Positions 40,813-51,641 of a stretch of 64,000 nucleotides of DNA are shown here, one piece after another. Location of the stretch: contig JAOAHY010000004.1 of the NCBI GenBank assembly GCA_026414995.1, positions 12,485 to 76,484 of the forward strand. Reading direction: 5' to 3'. Numbering within the stretch: position 1 is the first letter of the stretch; each line of letters begins with the position of its first letter. The translations under genes and the position numbers were made by a program. The notes beneath the pieces are model-generated. The model saw only the letters and a program-made list of their open reading frames with translations, was not told the origin of the DNA and made no database searches. This DNA is from Caldisericia bacterium (GTDB lineage Bacteria; Caldisericota; Caldisericia; B22-G15).

Positions 40813-43398
40813 GTGAACTTAATTGTTACACATTCAACAGCAGATTTTGATGCTCTTGCATCGCTTGTTTTAGCAGGGAAAATTTTCCCTAATTCAATTT
40901 GTCTTATACCATCATTTTCTTCATCTGTATACTCATTTTTTTCTCTATATGGGAATCTTTTTGAAAATTTAAAAAATTTAAAAGATATAGATTTAACTAA
41001 AATCGATAGAATAATTATGGTTGATACTCAATATCCTGAAAGAGTTCCAGGTTTAACTGATTTTATTTTGAATCATAAAAATGTATTAATAATTGATCAC
41101 CATTATCCAGATGAGGAAGTTAAAATAAATGCAAAAAGGATAACAAAAGAAGTTGGTGCAACAACATCAATTTTAATACATATGCTAAAAAATAAAAAAT
41201 CAATTGACATAAAATCTATTGAAGCCACACTTTTTGCTTTGGGAATATATGAAGATACTGGAAATCTTTTATTTATTACAACGAAACAATATGATATTGA
41301 AGCATTATCTTATATTTTTAAATATGATGTTGATTTAAAAATAGTTTCAAAATATCTTATCACATATTTAACAGAACAACAAAAAATAATTTTTGAAAAA
41401 ATTCTTGCTAACTTAAAAATTGAAGAAATAAATGGTTATAAAATCGGAATATCAAAAGTTAAAATTTCAGAATATGCTGAAGGAGTTGGATTTCTTGTTC
41501 ACAAAGTATTAGAACTTCTTGAGCTAGATGCTGTATTTTCAATATTAATAATGGATAAAAAAACTGTAATCATAGGAAGAAGTAGAAGTGAAGATGTAAA
41601 TGTTAAAAAAATTCTTGATTATTTTGGAGGAGCTGGACACAAAACAGCAGCTTCTGCAAATTTTAATACAATTAAAAACTCAAGAATTTATGATAAGTTG
41701 ATAAAAGTAATAAAGGATAATGTAAAAATAAAAATTCTTGCAAAAGATATAATGAGTTCACCTGTTAAAACTATAGATGAGGAAGCCACTCTTGAAGAGG
41801 CAAGAAATTTAATGCTTAGATACAATTACTCAGGATTGCCTGTTGTTAAAAATGGAAAAATTATAGGTATTATTACAAGAAGTGAAATATCAAAAGTAGA
41901 GCTTTTGGGTTTGACAAATTTAAAAGTCAAAGATTTTATGATTGAGAAATACTATTTTGTATCACCTGATTCACCAATTGATGAAGTTGAAAAAATAATG
42001 GTTGAAAGGAATATTGGAAGGGTTCCAGTTGTTGTAAAAGGAAGGGTTGTTGGTATTATAACAAGAAGTGATATATTAAGAGGTCTTTATTTAAAAAGTG
42101 AAGAGATTTTCTCGCCATTAGAACAAGAAAAAGTTATTAAATTAATTAATAAAATAATTTGTAAAAAGACTATAAAATTACTCAAAAAATTAGGAACACT
42201 TTCTGATAAATTAAATATGAGAAGTTATGTTGTTGGTGGGTTTGTAAGAGATTTATTTTTAAATAAGGAAACAAAAGATATAGATATAGTTGTCGAAGGA
42301 GACTCAATTTTGCTTGCACAAGAAATAAAAAAAGAAATGGATGTAAACATTCATATTTATCCAGATTTTAAGACTTGTACAATAAATTATCCAGACGGAT
42401 TAAGAATAGATATTGCTTCTTCAAGAAGAGAATTTTATAAAGAACCAGCATCACTTCCAAGAGTTGAAATAAGTCATAGTTTAAGAGAAGATCTTTTAAG
42501 AAGAGATTTTACAATAAACACACTTGCGATTTCTATTAATAAAAATTCCTTTGGAAAATTAATTGACCTTCTTGGAGGTTATAAAGATTTAAAAGATAAA
42601 AAAATTAGAGTTTTACATAAATTGAGTTTTATAGATGATCCATCAAGAATTATGAGAGCTATAAGATACTCATCAAAATTAAAATTTAAAATTGAAAAAG
42701 AAACAAAAAATTTAATTATAAGTACAATTAAAACAGGTCTTTTTACAGATGCAAGAAATACAAGAATTAAAGAAGAGTTATTTATGATTCTAAATGATAA
42801 AGATACTGCAATTAGTGGTCTAAAACTTATGAAAAAATTAGGAGCACTTAAAATGATACATAGGAAATTAGAACTTAAAAAAGAGACTTTAAATTTAATT
42901 GAAAAAAGCCAAAGATTAATAGATGAACTTATTAAAAGAGGAGAGGTAATTAAAAGAGATGAGATAAACTTTTTCCTTTTAATTACTGAATTAAGTAATT
43001 TTAATAGGAAAGAAATGATTGAAAGATGGAATTTGAAAAAAGATTTTATAAAAGATGAAAATTATTATCTTGAAATAATAGAGAATCTTAAAAATGTAAA
43101 TAAAAACTATGATATTTATAACACACTAAAAAATCTTTCAATTTATGAATTGATTTATTTGTCTAATTTTAAAGAAACTGAAGATAAAGTTAAAAAGTAT
43201 TTATTTGAGTTAAAAAATTTAAAATTAAGAATAACAGGAAAAGATTTAATAAAATTGGGTTTTAAACCTTCAGTTGAATTTAGAGAAATATTTGAAACAT
43301 TAAAAAAAGAACTTCTTGAAGGTAATATAAAAACTTATGAAGATGAAATAAATTTTGCTAAGAAATTATACGAAATGAAAGGAGAAAAAGTATGTTAA
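40813..43398 (+). CDS. Multidomain DHH-DHHA1 phosphoesterase + tandem CBS + PolyA-polymerase/CCA-adding head-domain protein
   Basis: N-terminal THSTADFDALAS...DHH (DHH family). Two CBS modules (IMSSPVKTI..., FMIEKYYFVSPDSP...). C-terminal GGFVRDLFLNKETKDIDIVVEGD...RRDFTINTLA nucleotidyltransferase motifs. Confidence 0.75.
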   Translation: MNLIVTHSTADFDALASLVLAGKIFPNSICLIPSFSSSVYSFFSLYGNLFENLKNLKDIDLTKIDRIIMVDTQYPERVPGLTDFILNHKNVLIIDHHYPDEEVKINAKRITKEVGATTSILIHMLKNKKSIDIKSIEATLFALGIYEDTGNLLFITTKQYDIEALSYIFKYDVDLKIVSKYLITYLTEQQKIIFEKILANLKIEEINGYKIGISKVKISEYAEGVGFLVHKVLELLELDAVFSILIMDKKTVIIGRSRSEDVNVKKILDYFGGAGHKTAASANFNTIKNSRIYDKLIKVIKDNVKIKILAKDIMSSPVKTIDEEATLEEARNLMLRYNYSGLPVVKNGKIIGIITRSEISKVELLGLTNLKVKDFMIEKYYFVSPDSPIDEVEKIMVERNIGRVPVVVKGRVVGIITRSDILRGLYLKSEEIFSPLEQEKVIKLINKIICKKTIKLLKKLGTLSDKLNMRSYVVGGFVRDLFLNKETKDIDIVVEGDSILLAQEIKKEMDVNIHIYPDFKTCTINYPDGLRIDIASSRREFYKEPASLPRVEISHSLREDLLRRDFTINTLAISINKNSFGKLIDLLGGYKDLKDKKIRVLHKLSFIDDPSRIMRAIRYSSKLKFKIEKETKNLIISTIKTGLFTDARNTRIKEELFMILNDKDTAISGLKLMKKLGALKMIHRKLELKKETLNLIEKSQRLIDELIKRGEVIKRDEINFFLLITELSNFNRKEMIERWNLKKDFIKDENYYLEIIENLKNVNKNYDIYNTLKNLSIYELIYLSNFKETEDKVKKYLFELKNLKLRITGKDLIKLGFKPSVEFREIFETLKKELLEGNIKTYEDEINFAKKLYEMKGEKVC

Positions 43399-44033
43399 AA
43401 AATTTAATTGAGATAATTTTCTTATTACCAAGTATAATAATAGCAATAATTTTTCATGAAGTAGCACATGGATATATAGCTTATAGACTTGGAGATGAAA
43501 CACCTAAAGAGTATGGAAGGTTAACTCTTGATCCCACAAAACATATTGATTTATTTGGAACTATTCTTCTCCCTGTTTTACTTTTGATAAGTTCTAACTT
43601 TAAAATTGCATTTGGTTGGGCAAAACCTGTTCCTATAAATTTTTACAGATTTAGAAAAATAAGAAGAGATCTTATTCTTGTTTCAATCTCTGGTCCACTT
43701 ATTAATTTTATCTTAGCAATATTGTTCGGACTCATTTTTAAATTTTTAGTTTTACCATTTCCAAGAATTGCATCTTCCTATATTTCAATTTTTGTACAAT
43801 ATAGTGTTTTAATAAATTTAATTCTTGCTATATTTAATCTAATACCAATTCCACCTCTTGATGGTTCAAGAATACTTTATAGTATAATTTTTAAGTATCC
43901 ACAAGATGCATTAAGAAATAAAAATTTAGAGATTTATGGCTCTTTAATTTTAATAGTTTTGCTATTTTTTGGAGTTATTAATAGAATATTATCACCTATT
44001 ATATCTAAACTATCTCAATTTTTATTATGGTAA
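43392..44033 (+). CDS. Site-2 protease (peptidase M50) family membrane metalloprotease
   Basis: HEVAHG zinc motif inside a TM helix. Polytopic, 213 aa. Confidence 0.7.
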   Translation: MLKNLIEIIFLLPSIIIAIIFHEVAHGYIAYRLGDETPKEYGRLTLDPTKHIDLFGTILLPVLLLISSNFKIAFGWAKPVPINFYRFRKIRRDLILVSISGPLINFILAILFGLIFKFLVLPFPRIASSYISIFVQYSVLINLILAIFNLIPIPPLDGSRILYSIIFKYPQDALRNKNLEIYGSLILIVLLFFGVINRILSPIISKLSQFLLW

Positions 44034-45154
44034 ATACATTAAATTATATAAAAGAGAATAGAGCTATTTTAGTTGGATTTATTAAAAATGAACATAATGA
44101 GTTTCTTCCAGAAGAAACATTAAATGAATTAGAACTTTTAACAGAAACATTAGGTCTTAAAGTTACATATAAGGTTTTAAAAAGATTAAGAGAAATAAAT
44201 CCAAAATATTTCATGGGAAAAGGAATGTTAGAAGAAATTACTCTAATAGCAAGAAAGGAAAATGCAAGTTATTTAATATTTGATGAAACATTATCATATT
44301 CACAAATTAAAAATATTTCTGATTATACAAACCTTTTTGTTCTTGATAGACCTCATCTTATAATTGAAATATTTGAGAAAAGGGCAAAATCCAATGAAGC
44401 AAAAATTCAAGTTGAACTTGCTAGATTAAAGATGGAACTTCCAGCTATTATAGGAATTGGCAGAAGCTTAGATCAACAAATGGGAATTGTTGGAATAAGA
44501 GCAGGAAGAGGAGAAAAGTTAGTTGAACTTAAAAGAAGAGCAATAGAAAGAAGAATTAACACTTTAAACAAAGAACTTAAAAAAATAGAAAAAAGAAGAG
44601 AAATAAGAAGAAAATTAAGAGAAAAATCAGACATACCAATAGTTTCAATAGTTGGTTATACTAATTCTGGAAAGTCAACTCTCTTTAATGCACTAACAAA
44701 TGAAGAAACCTATACAGAGAATATGCTTTTTGCGACACTTGATACTCTTATTAGAAAAATGTACTTAAATAAATATGAAAAAGAATTACTTGTTGTTGAT
44801 ACAGTTGGTTTTATTCAAAAATTACCACCACTTCTTATTTCATCTTTTAAATCAACTCTCGAAGAGATAAATTATTCTGACCTAATAATTCATCTTATTG
44901 ATGCTTCACATCCTTCATATAAGAAACACATGATTTCAGTTAAAGAAATTTTAGATGAAATACTTTATAAAGAAATAAAAATAATTAATGTTTATAATAA
45001 AATAGATTTGTTAAAAGAATATCAAATAGAAAGAATAAGAAAAGAAGATGAAAGTGGAATTTTAATTTCTGCTTTAAAAAAGATAAATATCGATGAACTC
45101 AAAGATAGAATAGGATTTGAAATTTTTGAAAAATCAAATATTTTAAACTTTTAA
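44027..45154 (+). CDS. hflX: GTPase HflX
   Basis: HflX N-domain plus G-domain (GYTNSGKST, DTVGF). 375 aa. Confidence 0.8.
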   Translation: MVNTLNYIKENRAILVGFIKNEHNEFLPEETLNELELLTETLGLKVTYKVLKRLREINPKYFMGKGMLEEITLIARKENASYLIFDETLSYSQIKNISDYTNLFVLDRPHLIIEIFEKRAKSNEAKIQVELARLKMELPAIIGIGRSLDQQMGIVGIRAGRGEKLVELKRRAIERRINTLNKELKKIEKRREIRRKLREKSDIPIVSIVGYTNSGKSTLFNALTNEETYTENMLFATLDTLIRKMYLNKYEKELLVVDTVGFIQKLPPLLISSFKSTLEEINYSDLIIHLIDASHPSYKKHMISVKEILDEILYKEIKIINVYNKIDLLKEYQIERIRKEDESGILISALKKINIDELKDRIGFEIFEKSNILNF

Positions 45155-46029
45155 TTTTTCTCTTTTGAATGAGGATGAAAATTATCGTATATTTTTTTTA
45201 AATTTTCTTTTGTTAGATGAGTATATATTTGGGTTGTTGAGAGTTTAGTATGTCCAAGAAGTTCCTGTACAACTCTTAAATCAGCTCCATTTGTTAATAA
45301 ATGAGTTGCAAAGGTATGTCTTAATGTATGTGGAGTAACCTTTTTATATGGTATAACCTTCTTTGCATATTTTTCAACAAGTAGTCTTATTCCTTTATCT
45401 GTCAGTGGTTTGCCATTTCTATTAATAAATAATACATTTGAATTTTTCTTTCTTTTATTAAGATATACTTTAATCATATCCTTCAATTCTTCAGTTAAAA
45501 ATATAACTCTATCTTTTTTACCTTTTCCAGTAATAATAACTTCACCTTTTTCTAAATTGAGTTGTGAAACTTTTAAACTAACAATTTCAGAAACTCTCAT
45601 ACCTGTAGAGTATAAAAAAATTAAAATTAATTTATCTCTAAAACCTATTAATGTTTTATCATTCGGATAATTTATCAATTTAACAACCTCTTCTTCTGTT
45701 AAAAATGTTGGGAGTTTTTTATCTATTTTTGGAAGTTCAAGCGAAATTATTGGATTTTTGTCTATAACTCCGTCTTTTAAAAGGAATTTATAAAAACTTC
45801 TTATTGATGATATCTTTCTTGAGATTGATCTTTTATCTAATCCTTTTTCTCTTAATTCTATTAAAAAACCTCTTAATGAATTTCTAGAGATGTTTTTATA
45901 ATCTAATTCGTTCTTTTTAACATATTCATAATAATCAAGTAAATCTCTTTTATATGCCCTTAATGTGTGTTTCGATGAATTTTTTAGTTTTTCCATATAA
46001 ATGAGAAAATCAGATATTTTTTCTTTCAA
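45151..46029 (-). CDS. Tyrosine recombinase XerC/XerD family
   Basis: HTLRHTFATHLL...LGHTKLSTTQIYTH catalytic region. 292 aa. In housekeeping context. Confidence 0.75.
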   Translation of the reverse strand: MKEKISDFLIYMEKLKNSSKHTLRAYKRDLLDYYEYVKKNELDYKNISRNSLRGFLIELREKGLDKRSISRKISSIRSFYKFLLKDGVIDKNPIISLELPKIDKKLPTFLTEEEVVKLINYPNDKTLIGFRDKLILIFLYSTGMRVSEIVSLKVSQLNLEKGEVIITGKGKKDRVIFLTEELKDMIKVYLNKRKKNSNVLFINRNGKPLTDKGIRLLVEKYAKKVIPYKKVTPHTLRHTFATHLLTNGADLRVVQELLGHTKLSTTQIYTHLTKENLKKIYDNFHPHSKEKN

Positions 46030-46630
46030 AATTAACCTCCAAAAAATAAAAGAAGAAAAAGAGAGTTAATAAAGTTATTATAGTTAGATAAATAATTCTA
46101 GTAAATGATCTGATAAAAAATTCAATAGGTAACAAAACAATTAGTCTATCTTTTTCAGGATCTAATAACCATAAGTCATTTTTAAAAAATATTTTGTGAA
46201 AAATTGTGAATGATTGATCAAATGAAAATATAAAAACAATTAAAATAAATATAATAATTGGGATTAATGAATAAATAAAAATATATGGTAAATCTTCTTT
46301 TTTAATTAATAATATAATTAAAAATGAAAAAACAATAGATGAAATGATAGTATATTTAAATATATTTTTAACATCTTCCATATGAAGTAACTCCTTCTCG
46401 TTGAAAAAATTTTTAAAACCTGGTATATCAAGATTATTTCTCTTTCCCATTAAATATTCTGGTATCACTTGTGCAGCATATCTTATATATTTAGGATCAA
46501 TATTTAAAGTAGCTTCTGGTTTAATTCTTTGAAATTCAAGCATATAATAGTTTTTTGAGAAAGCAATTGATAAAGTAAAAAGAAGTAATAAAGTTATTGG
46601 AATTAATATTATTAAAATTATTTTTCTCAC
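46010..46630 (-). CDS. Integral membrane protein (DUF1461/TIGR01906-like)
   Basis: 206 aa with three TM segments. Family call is tentative. Confidence 0.45.
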   Translation of the reverse strand: MRKIILIILIPITLLLLFTLSIAFSKNYYMLEFQRIKPEATLNIDPKYIRYAAQVIPEYLMGKRNNLDIPGFKNFFNEKELLHMEDVKNIFKYTIISSIVFSFLIILLIKKEDLPYIFIYSLIPIIIFILIVFIFSFDQSFTIFHKIFFKNDLWLLDPEKDRLIVLLPIEFFIRSFTRIIYLTIITLLTLFFFFYFLEVNFERKNI

Positions 46631-46842
46631 TTTCTAAAAATTAAATTTAAAATTATTGTTAATATTAAAGATAGTAATATCATTGAAACTATTGGTATAT
46701 AAATTGTTAAATTCTTTTTTCTTATAACTATATCACCTGGTAGTTTAAATAAAGGTAATTTATCGCTAAAATAAGAAAGAATACCTATTAAAAGAATAAT
46801 TATTCCAAAAATTATCAAAATTCTTGAAAATTCCTTTATCAT
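46627..46842 (-). CDS. Small two-TM membrane protein (DUF2905-like)
   Basis: 71 aa, hydrophobic, overlapping its neighbours by 4 nt. Confidence 0.45.
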   Translation of the reverse strand: MIKEFSRILIIFGIIILLIGILSYFSDKLPLFKLPGDIVIRKKNLTIYIPIVSMILLSLILTIILNLIFRK

Positions 46843-47369
46843 CCTCCACCTCCAAATCTTTCTATTTCAGAAAATATACATCCACAATACTTCTGTCTAT
46901 ATAAATTATAATCCTTTGATAGTTTAACCCCATCGAAATATTTATCTCTTAAGTCAAAATATATGAAATTTAATTTGTAATTATTTGCTATAATTTCACC
47001 TATGCTTTTTATTGATTCATGTTTTTGATATGGTGAATAAAGCATAGTTGTTGTAAAATTCATAATATTTAATTCTATTGCTATAATTGCTGTTTGGTTT
47101 AATCTTAACTGATAACAAAATAGGCATCTATCATTTAAATTTTTTGTAACATTTATAAAATAATCTTTATATTCATATTTTCCAATTATATAATTTATAT
47201 TTTGATTTTTAGAAAAAATTTTAAATGCATTTAACCTTTCAAGGTATTCTTTATATGGATGTATATTTGGATTATAAAAGAATAGGGTTAAATCATAATT
47301 TTTTTTAAAATTTTCAATAACAAGAATAGAGCATGGAGCGCAACATGTATGTATTAGTAGTTTCTCCAT
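46839..47369 (-). CDS. queH: Epoxyqueuosine reductase QueH (DUF208)
   Basis: N-terminal HTCCAPCS and C-terminal CGC motifs. 176 aa. Confidence 0.7.
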   Translation of the reverse strand: MEKLLIHTCCAPCSILVIENFKKNYDLTLFFYNPNIHPYKEYLERLNAFKIFSKNQNINYIIGKYEYKDYFINVTKNLNDRCLFCYQLRLNQTAIIAIELNIMNFTTTMLYSPYQKHESIKSIGEIIANNYKLNFIYFDLRDKYFDGVKLSKDYNLYRQKYCGCIFSEIERFGGGG

Positions 47370-48340
47370 TAAAATATAGTCCTTTTTTTAATATCTAAAT
47401 ATTTATAAGCATTCTCAGTTGCAACTCTACCTCTTGGTGTTCTTTCAATAAAATTTATTTGAAGTAGATATGGTTCATAAATATCTTCTATTGTATCTTT
47501 GTCTTCATTTAAAATTGCACAAAGAGTTTCAATACCAGTTGGACCACCATTAAATTTTTCAATTAGAGTTTTAACTAGTTTTCTATCTTGAGGTGTTAAT
47601 CCAAACTCATCTATACCAAGTGAGTTGAAAGTTTCAATTAAAATATTTTTATCTATTATGCCTTTATTTTTTATCTCTGAGAAATCTCTTACTCTTTTTA
47701 AAATCCTAATTGCAACCCTTGGAGTTCCTCTAGACCTTTTTGCTATTTCAATTGCATCTTCTTCCTTTATATCTAATTTCAAATATTTTGCTGCTCTAAA
47801 AATTATTTTTACTAAAGAATCTATAGAATAAAAATCAAGTTTTAGAACTATTCCAAATCTTTCTCTTAAAGGTGAGGTCAACATTCCAGCTCTTGTTGTT
47901 GAACCAATTAATGTGAATGGTTCTAAATTTATAGTTAAAGTTTTTGCTGATGGACCTTTTCCATAAACAATATGAAGTTTATAATCTTCCATAGCTGGAT
48001 AAAGTGTTTCTTCAACTGGATGAGGAATTCTATGAATTTCATCAATAAAAAAAATTGAACCCTTTTTTAATGATGTTAAGATTGCTGCAATATCTCCTGG
48101 TTTTTCTAATGAAGGTCCTGTTACCTGCTTTAATTCTCTATTCATTTCTTTTGCTATTACATATGCAAGAGTTGTTTTACCTATTCCTGGTGGTCCATAT
48201 AATAAAATATGATCTATAGGTTCTCCTCTTTTTTTAGCAGCGTCTAGAAAAACTTTTAAATTATTTTTAACTCTTTCTTGTCCAATATAATCTTCAAGAG
48301 ATTCTGGTCTTAAATTAAAATCTTTAAACTCTTCACTCAT
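47369..48340 (-). CDS. ruvB: Holliday junction helicase RuvB
   Basis: AAA+ GPPGIGKTTLA. 323 aa. Confidence 0.9.
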   Translation of the reverse strand: MSEEFKDFNLRPESLEDYIGQERVKNNLKVFLDAAKKRGEPIDHILLYGPPGIGKTTLAYVIAKEMNRELKQVTGPSLEKPGDIAAILTSLKKGSIFFIDEIHRIPHPVEETLYPAMEDYKLHIVYGKGPSAKTLTINLEPFTLIGSTTRAGMLTSPLRERFGIVLKLDFYSIDSLVKIIFRAAKYLKLDIKEEDAIEIAKRSRGTPRVAIRILKRVRDFSEIKNKGIIDKNILIETFNSLGIDEFGLTPQDRKLVKTLIEKFNGGPTGIETLCAILNEDKDTIEDIYEPYLLQINFIERTPRGRVATENAYKYLDIKKRTIF

Positions 48341-48872
48341 TCTTTATCACCTTTAAAATTTCTTTTACATATTCTTCAAGAGATATTTTATCATACCCTT
48401 TTACCTTTCTTATTGCATCAACAACCTCTTCTTTTTCAAAACCAAGTGAAAGTAAAATTCTAACTGCATCAAGTGTCTTTTTATCTTTTATCTTTAATTC
48501 TTTCTCTTCTTCACTTAAAAATTTACAAATTTCTTCAAGTATTTTTTTTCTTACTCCTTTTACAAGAAGTGGCTCTCCATTTCTTATTCTTTCATAAATT
48601 TCGTTTAAATTATAATATTTAAAAATTTGTATTACAGATTTTGGTCCAACCTGTGGAATTTTTATTAATTTTTCGAATAATTCTACTTCATCAAAAGTTA
48701 AAAATCCATACAAATTTAAATCTTTTTCAGAAACAATTAGTGATGTAAAAATTTCATTTTTAATTCTATCTGGGTATGGAACAAAGATTTTAAAGCCAAT
48801 TCCACTTTTTGTTAAAAATATAATAAAGTCTTCTTTCTTTATTAAAACTTCACCACTAAGATATGATATCAC
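48333..48872 (-). CDS. ruvA: Holliday junction DNA helicase RuvA
   Basis: 179 aa. HhH IPQVGPK motif. Confidence 0.8.
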   Translation of the reverse strand: MISYLSGEVLIKKEDFIIFLTKSGIGFKIFVPYPDRIKNEIFTSLIVSEKDLNLYGFLTFDEVELFEKLIKIPQVGPKSVIQIFKYYNLNEIYERIRNGEPLLVKGVRKKILEEICKFLSEEEKELKIKDKKTLDAVRILLSLGFEKEEVVDAIRKVKGYDKISLEEYVKEILKVIKNE

Positions 48873-49344
48873 TTTTTTCTCTTATTGACTTTATATTAAT
48901 AAAAGAAGTAGCAAGTGCTATTGCATCAACTGTATCATCTTCTTTAATTTCTTTTTTATATAAAATTTTAACCATTTTTTTCATGTTATTTTTATTAGAA
49001 CCACCAAAACCTGTGAAATGTAATTTTACATTACTTGGATTTAATTCATAAATTTTAGAATTAAATTCTTTTGCAATTAATAAAATAACCCCTTTTACTT
49101 CTCCTATTTTAATCGCTGTTTTTATATTTTTTTTAAAATAGATATTCTCAATTATTGTGTAATCAGGTGAATAATTTTTATATATTTTCTTTAAATTTTC
49201 ATATATTAATAATAATCTTTCCTCTTCTTTTAAATTTTTATCAGTTTTAATTAACCCAAAATCAACAAGTTCTGGAGGATCTTTGTCCTCAATAATTGCC
49301 CATCCAAGATTTGAAAGACCAGGATCAATTCCCAAAACATACAT
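48856..49344 (-). CDS. ruvC: Holliday junction resolvase RuvC
   Basis: [18 protein letters not shown]-terminus. 162 aa. Confidence 0.8.
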   Translation of the reverse strand: MYVLGIDPGLSNLGWAIIEDKDPPELVDFGLIKTDKNLKEEERLLLIYENLKKIYKNYSPDYTIIENIYFKKNIKTAIKIGEVKGVILLIAKEFNSKIYELNPSNVKLHFTGFGGSNKNNMKKMVKILYKKEIKEDDTVDAIALATSFINIKSIREKSDIIS

Positions 49345-50102
49345 TATTTAAGTGTAAGTGCTATTCTTTCCATTTCTTCATCTGATATATCAAAATTAGC
49401 ATAAACTTTTTGGACATCATCATGATCTTCAAGTTCATTTATTAATTTTAAAAGTTGCTCTGCTTTATCTCCTTCAATTTTTACACTATTTTTTGGGATC
49501 ATTGTAAAATCAGATGATAAAACCTTTATTCGATTTTCTTCAAGTTTTATCTTTATTTTAAATAAATCTTGGGGAGATGTATAAATATAAACATCCTCAC
49601 CATCTCTTTTAACATCTTCTGCGCCTAACTCTGCTGCTAGAAGTAGAAGTTCATCATCTGAAAGAGGTTTTGGATCAACCTTTATTTCTCCTTTTCTTTC
49701 AAACATCCAAGAAACACAACCACTTTCTCCTAAACTTCCGCCATGTTCATTAAAAATTTTTCTTATTTCTGCTGTTGTTCTGTTTCTATTATCTGTTGAA
49801 GCTTCAATATAAATTGCAACACTTCCTGGACCATATCCTTCATATGTTATTTCTTCGTATTTTTCTCCTTCTATCTCTCCTGTTCCTCTCTGAATAGCCT
49901 TTTTAATATTATCAGATGGCATATTTGCTTCTCTTGCTCTTTCTATTGCAAGTCTTAATCTTGGGTTTGTTTCAGGATCTCCTCCACCTTGTCTTGCCGC
50001 AATTGTTATTTCTCTTATTAGTTTAGAAAATATTTTTCCTCTCTTTTTATCTTCAGCAGTTTTTTTAGCTGCTATATTATGCCACTTTGAATGTCCAGAC
50101 AT
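49344..50102 (-). CDS. YebC/PmpR-family transcriptional regulator
   Basis: [11 protein letters not shown]-terminus typical of the family. 252 aa. Confidence 0.85.
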   Translation of the reverse strand: MSGHSKWHNIAAKKTAEDKKRGKIFSKLIREITIAARQGGGDPETNPRLRLAIERAREANMPSDNIKKAIQRGTGEIEGEKYEEITYEGYGPGSVAIYIEASTDNRNRTTAEIRKIFNEHGGSLGESGCVSWMFERKGEIKVDPKPLSDDELLLLAAELGAEDVKRDGEDVYIYTSPQDLFKIKIKLEENRIKVLSSDFTMIPKNSVKIEGDKAEQLLKLINELEDHDDVQKVYANFDISDEEMERIALTLK

Positions 50103-50104
50103 AT

Positions 50105-50686
50105 TTACCTCCTTTTTAATATTATATCAATAAACATTTTATGTATCCTTATATCATCCGTTAGTTCAGGATGAAAGGAAGAACCCATTATATTCCCTTC
50201 TTTTACTAAAACCGGACCTTCGTCAACTTTTGCAAGAACCTCAACATTATTACCAATTTTACTTACTACAGGTGCCCTTATAAAAACTGCTCTAAATGGT
50301 TTATCTAATCCTTTAATATCTAAATCTATTTCCATACTTTCTTTTTGACTTCCAAATGCATTTCTCTTAATAACTATATCTAAAACTTCAAGTAGAGGTT
50401 GATCATAATTTTGTTCTATTTTTTTAGACAAAAGAATTAAACCAGCACAAGTCCCAAAGACGGGAAATCCATTCTTAATTTTTTCTTTAAGGATATCTTT
50501 CATATTATACCTTTCGAGTAATTTGCCTATTGTAGTTGATTCACCTCCTGGAATAATAAGTCCATCAACAGTTTCAAGATCTTCTTTTTTCTTAACTAAT
50601 ACACCTTCCACAAAATCAAAATTTTTTAAAAAATAATAATGTTCAATAAAGGCTCCTTGAAGTGCTAAAACACCAACTCTTACCAT
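50105..50686 (-). CDS. pdxT: Pyridoxal 5'-phosphate synthase glutaminase subunit PdxT
   Basis: GTCAG catalytic Cys motif. 193 aa. Overlaps pdxS. Confidence 0.8.
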   Translation of the reverse strand: MVRVGVLALQGAFIEHYYFLKNFDFVEGVLVKKKEDLETVDGLIIPGGESTTIGKLLERYNMKDILKEKIKNGFPVFGTCAGLILLSKKIEQNYDQPLLEVLDIVIKRNAFGSQKESMEIDLDIKGLDKPFRAVFIRAPVVSKIGNNVEVLAKVDEGPVLVKEGNIMGSSFHPELTDDIRIHKMFIDIILKRR

Positions 50687-51564
50687 CCTCTTCTTTCATA
50701 CCTCTCTTCTTCTTTTAATGTTCTTATATCAATTCCAACCATTGGTTCTCCAAGATCTTTTGAAATCTCTGCAAGAATTTTTGGATCATCAAAATAGGTT
50801 ACTGCATCAACAATTGCTTTTGCTCTTTTTTCTGGGTTTTTTGATTTAAAAATTCCAGAACCAACAAATACTCCATCTGCTCCTAATTGCATCATAAGTG
50901 CAGCATCTGCTGGAGTTGCTATTCCACCTGCTGCAAAATTAACGACAGGTAATCTTTTAAGTTTTTTAACTTCTAAGACAAGTTCAAAAGGTGCCCCTAA
51001 ATTTTTTGCTTCACTATATAACTCTTCATCAGACATGGAAGATATTTTTCTAATCTCATCCATGATTTTTCTCATATGTCTTACTGCTTCAACGACATTT
51101 CCTGTTCCTGCTTCTCCTTTTGTTCTTATCATACTTGCACCTTCATTTATTCTTCTAAGCGCTTCTCCTAAATCTCTTGCTCCACATACAAAAGGAACTT
51201 TAAATTTCCATTTATCTATATGATGCTCTTCATCGGCAGGAGTCAAAACTTCACTTTCATCAATAAAATCAACTCCAAGTGCTTCAAGAATTTGAGCTTC
51301 AACGAAGTGTCCGATTCTAACTTTAGCCATAACTGGAATTGTAACTGCTTTTTTTATTTTTTCTATTATTACTGGATCTGCCATTCTTGCAACTCCACCT
51401 TCTTTTCTAATATCTGCTGGGACCCTTTCAAGTGCCATTACTGCAACAGCACCAGCTTCTTCTGCTATTTTTGCTTGTTCTTCATTAGTAACATCCATAA
51501 TAACTCCACCTTTGAGCATCTGTGCTAATCCTCTTTTAACCTTTATAGTTCCGTATTCTCTCAT
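50680..51564 (-). CDS. pdxS: Pyridoxal 5'-phosphate synthase subunit PdxS
   Basis: 294 aa, highly conserved PdxS/SNZ sequence ([16 protein letters not shown]). Confidence 0.9.
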   Translation of the reverse strand: MREYGTIKVKRGLAQMLKGGVIMDVTNEEQAKIAEEAGAVAVMALERVPADIRKEGGVARMADPVIIEKIKKAVTIPVMAKVRIGHFVEAQILEALGVDFIDESEVLTPADEEHHIDKWKFKVPFVCGARDLGEALRRINEGASMIRTKGEAGTGNVVEAVRHMRKIMDEIRKISSMSDEELYSEAKNLGAPFELVLEVKKLKRLPVVNFAAGGIATPADAALMMQLGADGVFVGSGIFKSKNPEKRAKAIVDAVTYFDDPKILAEISKDLGEPMVGIDIRTLKEEERYERRGW

Positions 51565-51641
51565 CCTAAAACCTCCAAAAAATATTTTACCATCTAATTT
51601 AGTTTAAATCAATTGAATTTATGATTTGATTAAATTAATAG

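Noticed and set aside
45151-46029. Tyrosine recombinase as evidence of a prophage or integrative element
   Set aside because: Its size (292 aa) and the R..H..R..Y catalytic region fit chromosomal XerC/XerD. The flanks are housekeeping genes (hflX, queH, ruvBAC) with no att-like repeats, tRNA target, or phage genes.
51565-51641. Possible hairpin/terminator between pdxS and the nitroreductase gene (aaatcaa…ttgattaaa)
   Set aside because: The stem is imperfect, AT-only, and is not followed by a T-run on the relevant strand. It is not convincing as an intrinsic terminator.
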